The notes: a model not told the origin generated them from the letters alone. 46,175 nt of DNA from Candidatus Micrarchaeota archaeon (GCA_032123335.1 JAQBFN010000007.1:1-46175), one strand, 5' to 3'. Shown: positions 18,673 through 29,160, numbered from the stretch's first letter. Program-made: numbers and translations.

Positions 18673-19608
18673 ATGGTCGAGGAGAAAGCGCCCCCGGAGC
18701 ATGCCCCCCAGGAGTATGCTCCAAGGGAACCCGGCCAAAGCTTTTTTGATGCAATCAATGCAAATAAGCGCAATTCACTCCTCCTTATGGGCGCAGTTAC
18801 CGGAATAGTCCTCATCATGTGCCTGGTTCTCGGATACATCTGGGGAATCGGTTACTACGGCCTCTTCCTTGGCTTTTTCATTGGAGGCATCTACGCAATC
18901 TTCTCTTACTATATGGGTTCCAAGATTGTGCTTGCACTAAGCGGCGCAAAGCCCCTGGAAAAGAAGGACAATCCCTACCTTTTCCACTTGGTTGAAGGGC
19001 TTGCGCTCGCAGCCCAAATCCCCAAGCCCAAGGTCTACATTGTTGAAGACCAGGCCCTCAATGCATTTGCAACCGGAAGGGATCCTGAGCATTCCGCAAT
19101 TGTAGTTACCCGGGGCCTCCTGGATGCAATGAACCGCCAGGAGCTCGAAGGTGTGGTTGCGCACGAGATGTCCCACATCGCAGAATACGACATCCGTTTC
19201 ATGATGCTCACCATCGTGATGGTCGGGCTCGTAGGCTTCCTTTCCGAAATAATCCTCCGCACGTTTATCTGGGGCGGAAGAGGCAGACGAGGCGGGGGCT
19301 CAGGATGGATAATGATCCTTGGCCTAATCCTTGCAATACTTGCCCCAATCATTGCAATGCTCGTTCGCTTTGCAATCTCCCGCCAGAGGGAATACCTCGC
19401 GGATGCAACCGCAGTAAGGCTCACCCGCTACCCTGACGGCCTAAAGAGCGCCCTCATTAAAATAAAGAACAACTACAAGCCTGTAAAGCTCGCAACCGAA
19501 ACAACCGCGCCCATGTATTTTGCTGACCCGATAGGAAAAAAGGTTGCGGGCATGTTTGCAACACATCCGCCAATTGAAGACAGGATTAAGCGGCTTTCTT
19601 CGTTTTAG
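18673..19608 (+). CDS. htpX: M48 family zinc metalloprotease HtpX
   Basis: NAFATG, AHEMSH, SRQREYLAD, THPP..DRI. Confidence 0.95.
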   Translation: MVEEKAPPEHAPQEYAPREPGQSFFDAINANKRNSLLLMGAVTGIVLIMCLVLGYIWGIGYYGLFLGFFIGGIYAIFSYYMGSKIVLALSGAKPLEKKDNPYLFHLVEGLALAAQIPKPKVYIVEDQALNAFATGRDPEHSAIVVTRGLLDAMNRQELEGVVAHEMSHIAEYDIRFMMLTIVMVGLVGFLSEIILRTFIWGGRGRRGGGSGWIMILGLILAILAPIIAMLVRFAISRQREYLADATAVRLTRYPDGLKSALIKIKNNYKPVKLATETTAPMYFADPIGKKVAGMFATHPPIEDRIKRLSSF

Positions 19609-20455
19609 CCTTGGTTATTTTCTGGTAGAACTTCACCTTTAGTATAAGCGATGCAGATTCCACAACCAGCGCTATTGCAATCCTTACCAGAGTTCCCAAT
19701 ACCATAAAGAGAAGCCCGACCCCCATCAGCGCAACGCTCGCAACCCCTGCAACCAGCATTACCTGTGTAACCAGGGACACAACCAGGTTGAGGGGGAGCT
19801 GGATTACCGCAGCCCCAATAGCCACAAGGATCGCAAATACCAGGGTCTCCCAGAAGTTCTTCTTCAACACATTAAATGCAGACCTCATCGCGTCAATCGG
19901 TCCCAGCTTCTTTATTGCAAGCTCGATGTTCACATAGTAAAGCAAGAGGACAGCAATGAATATCGCAAGCAGCAGGACCAGGTAAACCAATATCATCACA
20001 AGTATCCACGCACCCGAAGCTTCCAGCGGAGCCAGGAGCACGATTGCAGCAACCAGCGCCGCCAGGAGGATAAAGAGACCAATCCAGAACATTACCCACT
20101 TGAATGCAACACTCACATTGTCCCGCTCAAAATACCCAACTTTTTTCCCCCCATTGTAGATGAATTCTATTGCCCCCAGGTTTGCAGCCATTCCATAAGT
20201 TCCGGCTACCAAAACCCCCGCAATAATCAATGCTGCAGTCATGATATATGCAGCAATCTCAGAATACTGCATCAGGAAGACCATTGAAAGAAATACGCCT
20301 ATTCCAACCACAATCATTACAGCAAGCGCAACAATCATGGAAACTAACTGGTAACCTATCACAGCTTTCAGGTGCTTTTTTCCAAAGTCCATTCCCTCAT
20401 CTATTACTTCAGAGAGAAACCTGAATCCCCTTTTGAAACTATCTGCGATTCCCAT
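19586..20455 (-). CDS. multi-pass membrane hypothetical protein
   Basis: About 6 TM helices; G..DA...AF..LKKNFW pattern typical of a widespread archaeal membrane family. Confidence 0.75.
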   Translation of the reverse strand: MGIADSFKRGFRFLSEVIDEGMDFGKKHLKAVIGYQLVSMIVALAVMIVVGIGVFLSMVFLMQYSEIAAYIMTAALIIAGVLVAGTYGMAANLGAIEFIYNGGKKVGYFERDNVSVAFKWVMFWIGLFILLAALVAAIVLLAPLEASGAWILVMILVYLVLLLAIFIAVLLLYYVNIELAIKKLGPIDAMRSAFNVLKKNFWETLVFAILVAIGAAVIQLPLNLVVSLVTQVMLVAGVASVALMGVGLLFMVLGTLVRIAIALVVESASLILKVKFYQKITKAKTKKAA

Positions 20456-20488
20456 ACAGCTAGTTTATTTGCAAAAAATTAAAAGCTG

Positions 20489-21022
20489 CTATCCAAGCAG
20501 TTCCTCAATCGCACGGGCGAAATTCTCAGCGTTCCCAGGCCCATCCGCAGTAACAAATTTTCCATCAACCACGAATCCTTCTTCCGAGTAGGTTGCGCCC
20601 TGCTTCTCCAGGTACTCACTGGTTTTCATGCCGAATTCTGCATCATCCCCAACCCAGACAGTTGCACGCTTTCCTTCAAGCACACCTGCCTTTGCGAGAG
20701 TGGTTGTTGCCCAGCAGATTGCACCGAGAACCTTTCCTTTTGCTGCAGCCTCGCGTGCAATATCCAGCGCCCTTTCTTCTTTGCGGATAATTGGAGTTCC
20801 GCCTCCCCCCACAAAAACAACCGCATCGTAATCCCCAACATTAACTTCATCAAGGGTAAGGTCCGCGGTTGCACTCCTCCCCCTCGCGCCTATGCACTCG
20901 CCAGTTTTCGTGCTTGCAATCACGACCTCAAGCCCCTTGCCTTCAAAGTGCTCCTTCGGCACAAACAATTCCTCATCCCTGAAATTCCCAGGTGCTATTA
21001 CCATCAAAATTTTCTTTCCCAT
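20489..21022 (-). CDS. DJ-1/PfpI family protein
   Basis: FRDEE, YDAVVFVGG.G, AICW nucleophile elbow, VTADGP. Confidence 0.92.
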   Translation of the reverse strand: MGKKILMVIAPGNFRDEELFVPKEHFEGKGLEVVIASTKTGECIGARGRSATADLTLDEVNVGDYDAVVFVGGGGTPIIRKEERALDIAREAAAKGKVLGAICWATTTLAKAGVLEGKRATVWVGDDAEFGMKTSEYLEKQGATYSEEGFVVDGKFVTADGPGNAENFARAIEELLG

Positions 21023-21089
21023 AAGCTCACCATCCACAGCAATCTTTTTGCGCTATCTCTTAAAACGCTTTCCCTGCGCACCAGGTCCA

Positions 21090-23018
21090 TCAAACAAAAA
21101 CGTATGCACTGAGCACACGAGAAACAATTCCTGCAAGGGCAATTGCAAACAGCACTTCAAACACGCTTATGCCGATCGCTACCCTCCAGCCATGCTCCTT
21201 CCTGAGTGCAGCAATGGTTGCCGCGCAGGGAACATAAAACATTGTAACCACTGCGAACGTTATCATCTGCACTGGAGTGAGCACTTCGCTGAATACACCT
21301 GTTCCCAGCAGCGCCGCCAGCATAATCAGCGCCAGCTCCTTTCTCAGAATTCCGAATATAAGTGTGATTCCCACTATTGCAGGAAGCCCGAGCCACCCCA
21401 CCGTAACAGGAGAAAGCGCGTCCGAAATCGGGCCAAGCCATCCAGCCACCTCTATGATCTTAATCAGGAAAGTGGATACGATTATTATGGGGAAAGCCAT
21501 GAACACAAATGAGCGGAGCTCTCTCCAGGCCTCCATCAAAATGTTTTTGGGCATCGGAAGCCTGTAATCCGGCATTTCCATAATAAGCCCCACCGGCTCC
21601 CCGGGCAGCACCTTGCACCCTATTCTCCCAAGCACCAGGATAATCGCGATGTTAAGGGCATAAAGAAAAAGCGCCCACTCCAGCCCCACATATGTTGCCA
21701 CGAGCCCCATAATTACTACTGTGACTGCTGCGCACGGAACAAGGGTAACAATAAATGAAGTGAGAAGGCGCGCCCTCTGCGTTTCCAGTATCTTGCAGCT
21801 AATGCATCCAGGCACATTGCACCCATATGCAAGAATTATCGGGATAAATGCCTTTCCATGAAGCCCGATTTTATGCATCACCGCATCCATAAGGAATGCC
21901 ATCCGTGCCAGGTACCCCGAATCCTCCAGAATTGCAAGCAGGATATAGAACGGAATAAGATACGGAAGCGCTATCGAGATTCCTGCAATTAAACCCTCAA
22001 GCACCCCATTTACCAGAATTTCCTGCAAAGCCCCTTCCCCAACTGAAGTCTGAAGAATCCCCTTTGCTCCCCCCAGCCCTTCAAGCAGGTACCCTGAAAC
22101 AATATCCCCTATTGCAAAAATGGAAAGGAACACAAACCCTGCCACAAGTGCCAGGAATAGGTAACCCAGGTACCTGTGCATAAGAATAGCATCCAGCTTC
22201 TGCCTTAGGGGAACCTGCACATCCCTGAGGGTTATGCATCCCCTGGCAATTCGTTCTGCTGCAGAATAGCGTTCTGAAGATATTGCTACAGATCCTTTCT
22301 GCCCGCATCGTTTTTCTAATCTCTTTCGTACTTTCTTGACCATTCCAATCGTTTTGGGGCTGCGTTCTTTGACTATTTCAGAAATATTCCCGTCCTCTTC
22401 CAGAAGCTTGACAGCTATCCATCTTGAAGGATAATCCAAACCAAGTTTCCCAACCTCCTTCTTCACCTGCGTTACATCATTTTCCAATGGATCCTGGTAT
22501 GAAAGAAAAAACGGTTTCTGCTTTGTTTTGCTCGTCCTTATAACTGCATCCATTAGCTTGGCAACACCATCCCCGGTAGTTGCCACAATGGGCACCACAG
22601 GCACCCCCAGGAGTTTTGAGAGTTTTTTTGCATTCACCTCTGCTCCTTTTTCCCTTGCCAAATCAACCATATTCAGTGCCACGACAAGAGGCGAGCCCAA
22701 CTCCAGCAACTGAAGTGTGAAAAACAAATTTCTTTCAAGCACAGAAGCATCCACAACATTTATCACGACATCTGGCTTTTCCTTTGAAATGTAATCCCTG
22801 GATATCAGCTCTTCCATGGAAAAAGTAGAAAGTGAATAAATTCCCGGAAGATCTATGATATTCATCTCTGTTCCTTTGAAATCCAGCACACCCTCGATTT
22901 TTTCTACAGTTTTTCCCGGCCAGTTCCCGACATGCTGGTGGAGGCCGGTTAGATAATTAAAGAGCGAAGATTTGCCCACATTCGCATTTCCGGCAAGTGC
23001 TATGCGCAATTTCTTCAT
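21090..23018 (-). CDS. feoB: ferrous iron transporter FeoB
   Basis: GNANVGKS, GNWPGKTVE, DLPG.YSL, LNMVD, LEDSGYLAR.AFLMD, G.GCNVP, YVPC.AT. Confidence 0.97.
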   Translation of the reverse strand: MKKLRIALAGNANVGKSSLFNYLTGLHQHVGNWPGKTVEKIEGVLDFKGTEMNIIDLPGIYSLSTFSMEELISRDYISKEKPDVVINVVDASVLERNLFFTLQLLELGSPLVVALNMVDLAREKGAEVNAKKLSKLLGVPVVPIVATTGDGVAKLMDAVIRTSKTKQKPFFLSYQDPLENDVTQVKKEVGKLGLDYPSRWIAVKLLEEDGNISEIVKERSPKTIGMVKKVRKRLEKRCGQKGSVAISSERYSAAERIARGCITLRDVQVPLRQKLDAILMHRYLGYLFLALVAGFVFLSIFAIGDIVSGYLLEGLGGAKGILQTSVGEGALQEILVNGVLEGLIAGISIALPYLIPFYILLAILEDSGYLARMAFLMDAVMHKIGLHGKAFIPIILAYGCNVPGCISCKILETQRARLLTSFIVTLVPCAAVTVVIMGLVATYVGLEWALFLYALNIAIILVLGRIGCKVLPGEPVGLIMEMPDYRLPMPKNILMEAWRELRSFVFMAFPIIIVSTFLIKIIEVAGWLGPISDALSPVTVGWLGLPAIVGITLIFGILRKELALIMLAALLGTGVFSEVLTPVQMITFAVVTMFYVPCAATIAALRKEHGWRVAIGISVFEVLFAIALAGIVSRVLSAYVFV

Positions 23019-23641
23019 CCATCCACCTTCACCAGAATTTTTTCCGCAAGCCCCCTCCCTATTGCCAGGCACGATGAGCGAATGCATACTTCCAATGCCC
23101 CCGCCCTGCTGGAAGCCCGGTTGAGGGTTACTTTAGTTCCCGGAGTCAGGCCCATATCTGTAAGGCGCCTGCAGGCTTCCCTCCCACCGGATACAAGAAT
23201 GATTTTTCCCTCCTGCCCTTTCTTCAGGTCCGCCAGCCTCTTAATGTTCTTTTCTTTTATATCAGGAGCCCCAGGAGAGTGCATCGCCTTCTTGAGCGCT
23301 TCCTCCACATCATCAGAAAGAACATGCTCAAGGGCGCAGGCTTCCTTGTGCGCCTTGCTTTTTTTCACCCCAATCCTCATAAGGAAACGCTCTATAAACC
23401 TGTGCTTCCTGAGCACTTCCTTCCCGATTTTTTCCCCCTTTTTTGTCAGCTTGATTTCCCCATACTTTTCATAATCAACAAACCCTTTTTTTGAAAGCTT
23501 TCCGAGCATCTCGCTTACGCTTGCTGGAGATATTCCAAGGTCTTTGCTGAGAGACTTCACCTTTGGCTGTTTCTTTTCTTCCTTATACCTCACAAGCAGC
23601 TCCAGGTATTCTTCAGTTTCCGGGGTCCTGTCCTTTGCCAT
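23015..23641 (-). CDS. DtxR/MntR family metal-dependent repressor with C-terminal FeoA domain
   Basis: EEYLE, SPASVSEM, KHRFIERFL, EAC.LEH; C-terminal RRLTDMGLTPGTKV...LAIGRGLAEKI. Confidence 0.93.
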   Translation of the reverse strand: MAKDRTPETEEYLELLVRYKEEKKQPKVKSLSKDLGISPASVSEMLGKLSKKGFVDYEKYGEIKLTKKGEKIGKEVLRKHRFIERFLMRIGVKKSKAHKEACALEHVLSDDVEEALKKAMHSPGAPDIKEKNIKRLADLKKGQEGKIILVSGGREACRRLTDMGLTPGTKVTLNRASSRAGALEVCIRSSCLAIGRGLAEKILVKVDG

Positions 23642-23645
23642 TGGA

Positions 23646-23663
23646 TGTTAGGTATGCCTAACA
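23646..23663. promoter_or_regulatory. DtxR-type operator palindrome
   Basis: TGTTAGGTATGCCTAACA (TTAGG-N4-CCTAA core) between the minus-strand TATA (TTATAAA, 23665-23671) and the dtxR ATG. Confidence 0.85.
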
Positions 23664-23696
23664 ATTTATAATCATTTGTAAAAGAAAAAGAAAAAA

Positions 23697-23850
23697 GTGA
23701 TGTGCAGTGCCAAGTAAACTACATCATTCTCTCGTACTGCCACCAGCTATGTGGGTATCTGTGTCCCAAAACTCCTCTTTCACACTTTGTAGCTCCTTAT
23801 TACCAAAAAGTAGGGCCGGAGCTACAAAATGTGATTCGGCAAAAACCGAA
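23697..23850 (-). ncRNA. candidate structured small RNA
   Basis: 17-bp stem with a G-U pair only on the minus strand (23780-23834), extra hairpins, minus-strand U-tract at 23680-23696. Confidence 0.35.
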
Positions 23851-23894
23851 CAACCAACACACCATTTTTATACCTTGAAGGTTCATCCAAACCC

Positions 23895-24743
23895 ATGGAC
23901 GCAAAACTTGCAATACTGGCCTTTGTTTCCTTGTTCATGTTTTTCGGATGCATCGGAATGGATGAGGTGACAGGGGGATATGCTGAACCTGATTATGGGT
24001 ACTCCACAAAAGCAATGGGTGTCCCTGCCCCCATGATGGCAGAGGAAGCCTACTACGGAGGATCCGACTCTTACGATTATGCAAACGAGCAAATGGTAAT
24101 CAAGCAGGGCTCGGTAAGCGTCAAGGTGGAGACCGGCACGCTGGAAGAGAAAAAGGACCAGCTCTCTTCAATAATTGACGAATACAATGCAGAACTCACC
24201 TACATCACTTTCAATGAATACACAACTGAAAAGCGCTACTCAGTAACCGTAAAGATTGCCCCCTCCAAATTCGATTCCTTCATGGAGTCAATTTCCGCGC
24301 TCGGGGAAATCAAGAGCATAGACAGCTCCGTAGAGGATGTTACCGAGCAGTACACCGACCTCCAGACAAGGATAAGCAACCTGCAGGAGGAGCTCGCGCG
24401 CCTGAATACACTTTATGATGAGGCGGACAACGTTGAAGAAATCCTCATGATTGAGCGTGAGGTGACCCGTGTCCAGACCAACCTTGAGATATACCAGAGA
24501 CAATCCCTGGACCTGGAGCGCCGTTCAGCCCAATCCACAATAACGGTGTACCTCATTGAGGAAAAGCCCGAATTCGAAACCGATTTCGTGATGCCGCTTG
24601 AGGAGATGCTTGCGCTTTTCCTTGGGGCGATGGTTGTCGCGATAATGCTGGTTGCAGGTGCAGCAGGATTCCTGCTTCCGCTGGCAATACTTTTCCTGGT
24701 GCTCCGCGCAATCTACCGTGCAATCAAAAAGAAGAAAAAATAG
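23895..24743 (+). CDS. DUF4349 domain lipoprotein
   Basis: Lipobox FFGC; VEDVTEQYTDLQTRI.NL...RL..L...A..VEEIL.IERE.....IE; C-terminal TM. Confidence 0.88.
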   Translation: MDAKLAILAFVSLFMFFGCIGMDEVTGGYAEPDYGYSTKAMGVPAPMMAEEAYYGGSDSYDYANEQMVIKQGSVSVKVETGTLEEKKDQLSSIIDEYNAELTYITFNEYTTEKRYSVTVKIAPSKFDSFMESISALGEIKSIDSSVEDVTEQYTDLQTRISNLQEELARLNTLYDEADNVEEILMIEREVTRVQTNLEIYQRQSLDLERRSAQSTITVYLIEEKPEFETDFVMPLEEMLALFLGAMVVAIMLVAGAAGFLLPLAILFLVLRAIYRAIKKKKK

Positions 24744-24795
24744 GGTTAACCCCCCTATTTTTATTCTTTCCTTTTTCTTCTAAGAGCGTGGTATA

Positions 24796-25692
24796 ATGAA
24801 ACGATTATTGCTTGCACTTGTCCTGATTGCCGCAACCTTTGCCTGGAGCAACCCGGCCTGGCCGGAAGTTCTTGAAGCACGCTACGCATACGCAGATTGC
24901 AACGTGCAGTTTGCAAAGGATTTTGTGGAACTTAGGGAGGAGTGCGCTGAAGAGGAAGATGTCCCGATTTTTGATTCTTCCAAATACATCGAGGACATTG
25001 ATGATAACCTTGCAGACCTCAAGGATGCAGCAGAGGATGATGACCGGCTGGAATTCGGCCTCACACAGTTTGCGCTTGGCGCAGATATGCTCGAGCTTGG
25101 CCTCAAGATAGTCGGTGATGCATTCACCAACAAGACCGCCGGCTTTTTTGACTGCGTCCAGAGCAACAAGGAACCTGTTGAGGATGACCTGAAGGAATGC
25201 AGGGAAGGCGCAATGGAAAAGGCTGAATCCGCAGCAACCCACTTCCTTGAAAACGACCTTGAGCATGCTGAAGGCATCATGGAAGACCTTGAAGATGACG
25301 GTGTTGATGTCTCCGGAATGGAAGGAGTTATCGAGGATGGCGATGAACTCTTGGAAGACATTCCTGCAGCATATGAGGAAGATAACCCGGTTGAAGTAAG
25401 GAAGCTTACGCTCAGGCACTCAAGGCTTGTGGACCTGTTCCACCTTGAGAGGATGTCTGCAATCTGCGAATACGCGCTCCCGATACTCGAAGATGGAAAC
25501 TACGATGAAGAGCTTGTTGAGGAAGTTGAAGAGCTCAACTCCGACATCGAGGAGCTCATAGATGATTGCGAGTATTCAGCGGATGTTGAAAACAACAACG
25601 AATACGCAAACGAAAACCTCGATTGCTGGGCAGACACATGGGACCTCTATGAAGAGTTTGTATCTCTGAGAAACGAGATACTGTTCGGGTGA
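24796..25692 (+). CDS. secreted acidic helical hypothetical protein
   Basis: Signal peptide MKRLLLALVLIAATFA; very Asp/Glu-rich with several Cys. Confidence 0.8.
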   Translation: MKRLLLALVLIAATFAWSNPAWPEVLEARYAYADCNVQFAKDFVELREECAEEEDVPIFDSSKYIEDIDDNLADLKDAAEDDDRLEFGLTQFALGADMLELGLKIVGDAFTNKTAGFFDCVQSNKEPVEDDLKECREGAMEKAESAATHFLENDLEHAEGIMEDLEDDGVDVSGMEGVIEDGDELLEDIPAAYEEDNPVEVRKLTLRHSRLVDLFHLERMSAICEYALPILEDGNYDEELVEEVEELNSDIEELIDDCEYSADVENNNEYANENLDCWADTWDLYEEFVSLRNEILFG

Positions 25693-25697
25693 GCAAA

Positions 25698-25988
25698 ATG
25701 AACTACAAAATACTGCTGCTTGCGCTGGTTGCCTTCTCTTTCCTGCTTGCAGGGTGCGGAGGCAAGAAGGCAGATGAAACACCTGCTGCGGAAGTTTCTG
25801 CGGGACAGCCCGCGGAAGCACCCGAAGAGGGCGGCGCGACCCCTGGACAGGTTGAAGATGTTGAGAAGGAGGAAGAGGTAGAAGGCGCCCCTCCTGAAGA
25901 AGCGGAAAAGCTCGCCAACATATTTGACATAGAGATTGATGAGCCCCCGGAAGATTACACATACGACAAAGCACCCGGGGAGGAGTAA
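25698..25988 (+). CDS. small acidic lipoprotein
   Basis: MNYKILLLALVAFSFLLAGC lipobox; SD GGTGA. Confidence 0.8.
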   Translation: MNYKILLLALVAFSFLLAGCGGKKADETPAAEVSAGQPAEAPEEGGATPGQVEDVEKEEEVEGAPPEEAEKLANIFDIEIDEPPEDYTYDKAPGEE

Positions 25989-25996
25989 TCCAAGCC

Positions 25997-26056
25997 ACTC
26001 TGGGGCTCCACATTTGCATCGCCCCAGGAGTGTTTCCCCTTTCTTTTCTTTATTTT
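25997..26056 (+). terminator. hairpin plus T-tract terminator
   Basis: CACTC-TGGGGC...GCCCCA-G-GAGTG followed by a pyrimidine run. Confidence 0.5.
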
Positions 26057-26112
26057 CAAACCCAAAACACAACGCTTTTAAGCCCCTTTTCCGCTAATAT
26101 AGTACGGTTTCT

Positions 26113-27678
26113 ATGGAAATAAAGCGGGCACTGCTAAGTGTTTACAACAAAGATGGAATTGTTGAATTCGGGAAGTTCCTCTCAGAGCATGGAATAGGCA
26201 TAGTTTCAAGTGGAGGCACATCCAAGGCTCTGAGGGATGCAGAAGTCCAGACTTTTGATGTTTCAGACCTAACCGGATTCCCGGAAATGATGGAAGGAAG
26301 GGTAAAAACCCTCCACCCAAAAATCCACGGGGGAATCCTTGCAAAAAGGGAAAAGGAAGAGCACATGAAACAGGCCCGGGACCTGGGTGTGGGAATGATA
26401 GATATTGTTGCAGTGAATCTCTATCCCTTTGAGGAAGTTACAAACGCCCCGGACTGCACCCTTGAAACTGCAATAGAAAACATCGATATCGGGGGCCCAA
26501 CGCTTATCCGTGCGGCAGCAAAAAACTACGAGTATGTAATAGTCATATCCAACCCGGCAAGGTACCAGGAAGTGATGGATGAAATCACGGATAATGGGGA
26601 CGTTTCACTGGAAACAAGGAGGAAGCTCGCAGTGGAAGCATTCATGCAGGTTTCCCATTACGACACGGTAATCGAAGCCTATCTGCGCTCCAAGTTTTTC
26701 CCGGAGCAGAAATCCCCTGAATACCTCAACCTTTCATTCAAGAAAATCCAGGACCTGAGGTATGGGGAAAACCCCTCCCAAACCAATGCGGCATTCTACA
26801 GGGACCTGCAGCTCCAGCAGTGCTGCATTGCAAATTCAACCCAGCTCCAGGGGAAGCAGCTTTCCTACAACAACATCCTGGACATCAACGCAGCATTCGC
26901 ACTCTTAAAGGAATTCACGGACCCCACCGTAGTAATAGTAAAGCACAACAACCCCTGCGGAGTTGCAACCAACGGCAATATTCTCAAGGCATACGAAATC
27001 GCTCTTGCAGTGGACAGCGATGCAGCATTTGGGGGGATTGTTTGCGTAAACCGTGAAATAGGCGAGGAGCTTGCTGAGAAAATAGTGGCCCGTTTCTATG
27101 AAGTGATAGTTGCACCTTCTTTCTCAAAGGAAGCGCTGGAAATCTTCTCAAAAAAGAAAAGGCTCCGCGCAATCCAAATGAGCGAGTGCGAACTCCCGCT
27201 GCACAGGCCGCCCCAAATCTCCTACCGGAGCGTATGCGGGGGCCTCCTGACCCAGGATGTGGACATTGGGCTCTATGACCCTGAAAAGCTCAAGACAGTT
27301 ACCAAGCGCCAGCCCACAGATCAGGAAATGAAGGACCTGATGTATGCCTGGACAATCTGCAAATACGTAAAATCCAATTCAATCGTTTATGCGCGCAACA
27401 ACCAGGCAATTGGAATCGGCGCAGGCCAGATGAAGCGCGTGGATGCGGCAAGGCTCGCAGCAGATATTGCAGAGTCCCGCGGAGAAACCGTGAAGGGCTG
27501 CGCAATGGCAAGTGATGCATTCTTCCCGTTCCGGGACGGAATTGATGCTGCAGCAGAAAGGGGAGTAACCTCCATAATCCAGCCAGGGGGCTCAATCCGT
27601 GACCAGGAAGTTATTGATGCAGCAGATGAGCATGGAATGGCGATGCTGTTTACAGGAATAAGGCACTTCAGGCACTAG
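26113..27678 (+). CDS. purH: bifunctional AICAR transformylase/IMP cyclohydrolase
   Basis: [60 protein letters not shown]. Confidence 0.97.
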   Translation: MEIKRALLSVYNKDGIVEFGKFLSEHGIGIVSSGGTSKALRDAEVQTFDVSDLTGFPEMMEGRVKTLHPKIHGGILAKREKEEHMKQARDLGVGMIDIVAVNLYPFEEVTNAPDCTLETAIENIDIGGPTLIRAAAKNYEYVIVISNPARYQEVMDEITDNGDVSLETRRKLAVEAFMQVSHYDTVIEAYLRSKFFPEQKSPEYLNLSFKKIQDLRYGENPSQTNAAFYRDLQLQQCCIANSTQLQGKQLSYNNILDINAAFALLKEFTDPTVVIVKHNNPCGVATNGNILKAYEIALAVDSDAAFGGIVCVNREIGEELAEKIVARFYEVIVAPSFSKEALEIFSKKKRLRAIQMSECELPLHRPPQISYRSVCGGLLTQDVDIGLYDPEKLKTVTKRQPTDQEMKDLMYAWTICKYVKSNSIVYARNNQAIGIGAGQMKRVDAARLAADIAESRGETVKGCAMASDAFFPFRDGIDAAAERGVTSIIQPGGSIRDQEVIDAADEHGMAMLFTGIRHFRH

Positions 27679-29120
27679 AGTGCCTGTGCATACTTTTCCG
27701 CAAGATTAAGGTATTTCTCAATTCTTTCCTTTGCTTCCTCATTCGGATTCTGGGAGTATTCAATCGCTGCAATCTTTGCGCGCACATTTGCCCTGTAGCA
27801 CTTGTAGAAACCAAGCAATTTTTCCAAATCATGGTCCCCAGAAAGTTCAGCGTACTTCCCCACAAATACTTCCGAAAGATCTTCCCTCCCTTTTGCATCC
27901 AGGTCCATTGCCATGAATGCAATTTCGCTTGCAACATCTATGAACCTGAAATCCTCGCTGAATTCAATGCAGTCAAAAATATGCGTTTTCTCCCCCATGA
28001 ACACGTTCCCGGTGTGCAAATCACCATGGCATTCCTTCACCATGCCGTCCACCTGCCTGTTCCTCAGCAGCTTCTCATTTTCTTCAATAAATCCAGCTGA
28101 TTTTTCAAGAATAAAGTCAATCTTGCTTCCCATCCCGCATGCAGATTCCACGGTTCCCCTGAATGATGCAAGGTCATCAATCTGCTCCTTCACCATTTCC
28201 GGGGAATTGAACTTCGGGTCCTGTATAACCGGGACCGCACCATGGAACTCCGCAAGCTCCACCGCAATCCCTTCCACATCCCCTTCACTCACTTTTCCTT
28301 CAAGAAGCGCAGAATCCATTGTTCCCCCCATCCTCTTCATCTTTACAGCATAATCCAGAACCTTTCCTTCTCCCCCGAACTGCACTGCCCCCCCAGCCTT
28401 TACAAGCGGAACAACTTCCAGGTAAACTTCGGGCGAAAGCCTCTTGTTCAGCCGCACCTCTTCCTCACAGTATTCCCTCCTTCTATCCTCTGTAGAGAAA
28501 TCCAGGAATGAAAACTTCACAGGCTTCTTTACTTTGTAAGCATAATCATCTGCAAGGAAAACCCAGGAGATATGTGTTTCCTTGAATTCAAGCCCAAGCT
28601 CCTCCGGCTTCCACCCTGCTTCCTTTTCCAGGTATTCCCGCGCAGCCGCAACCTGCCCCTCAACCGGTCCGGAAGTATCAACATCAAAATAATCCTGCCC
28701 AATGGGTTCGAAAAGCCCCTTCACCTTAAGATAAATGCTGAAGTTCGCCTCGCTTGCATCCGTCCCCTCTTTTTCCCGCTGCTTCATGCGCTCCTCAAGC
28801 ACCCGCTCCTCAAGCACACACTTTATTATGTACATATCTGAGCCTGCGCGCTTTGCAGCCCCCCTCATCTCCCCCCTGGTTTTTTTCTTGTAAAATGTAG
28901 CATCACAAACTACTGTTTTTCCCGTGAAAAGAATCTTTTCCGTTTCCTCCACCATCCTTCCATACACACGATACTTTTCATGCTCAGAATAAGTGCGATC
29001 GCTCAGCATTTTCCTCCTTATGATGTCGCTGCTGAGGTAAACCGCGTCAATCTTTTCTGCAAGTGCCTTTGCAAGAGTGCTTTTCCCTGCACCTGGCAAC
29101 CCACACACCAGTACCAGCAT
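27675..29120 (-). CDS. AAA_33 P-loop kinase fused to aminoglycoside-phosphotransferase-like domain (Rv2004c-like, reversed order)
   Basis: N-terminal GLPGAGKST, DATF, DASEA; C-terminal ETHISWVFL...YKVKKPV...LDFS, CHGDLH, FDCIEF, YRA.VRAKI. Confidence 0.88.
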   Translation of the reverse strand: MLVLVCGLPGAGKSTLAKALAEKIDAVYLSSDIIRRKMLSDRTYSEHEKYRVYGRMVEETEKILFTGKTVVCDATFYKKKTRGEMRGAAKRAGSDMYIIKCVLEERVLEERMKQREKEGTDASEANFSIYLKVKGLFEPIGQDYFDVDTSGPVEGQVAAAREYLEKEAGWKPEELGLEFKETHISWVFLADDYAYKVKKPVKFSFLDFSTEDRRREYCEEEVRLNKRLSPEVYLEVVPLVKAGGAVQFGGEGKVLDYAVKMKRMGGTMDSALLEGKVSEGDVEGIAVELAEFHGAVPVIQDPKFNSPEMVKEQIDDLASFRGTVESACGMGSKIDFILEKSAGFIEENEKLLRNRQVDGMVKECHGDLHTGNVFMGEKTHIFDCIEFSEDFRFIDVASEIAFMAMDLDAKGREDLSEVFVGKYAELSGDHDLEKLLGFYKCYRANVRAKIAAIEYSQNPNEEAKERIEKYLNLAEKYAQAL

Positions 29121-29160
29121 ACAGTGCTTATTACGTTTTGAAAAGTTATAAACCTTCGGT

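Noticed and set aside
23697-23850. RNase P RNA, C/D box sRNA or a known riboswitch
   Set aside because: GAGGAG and ATGATG are present, but the P4 partner, box D (CTGA) and aptamer consensus were not found; kept only as an unknown candidate
25989-26112. ZTP riboswitch upstream of purH
   Set aside because: No ZTP consensus; the hairpin and T-tract fit a terminator, and a TATA lies just before the ATG
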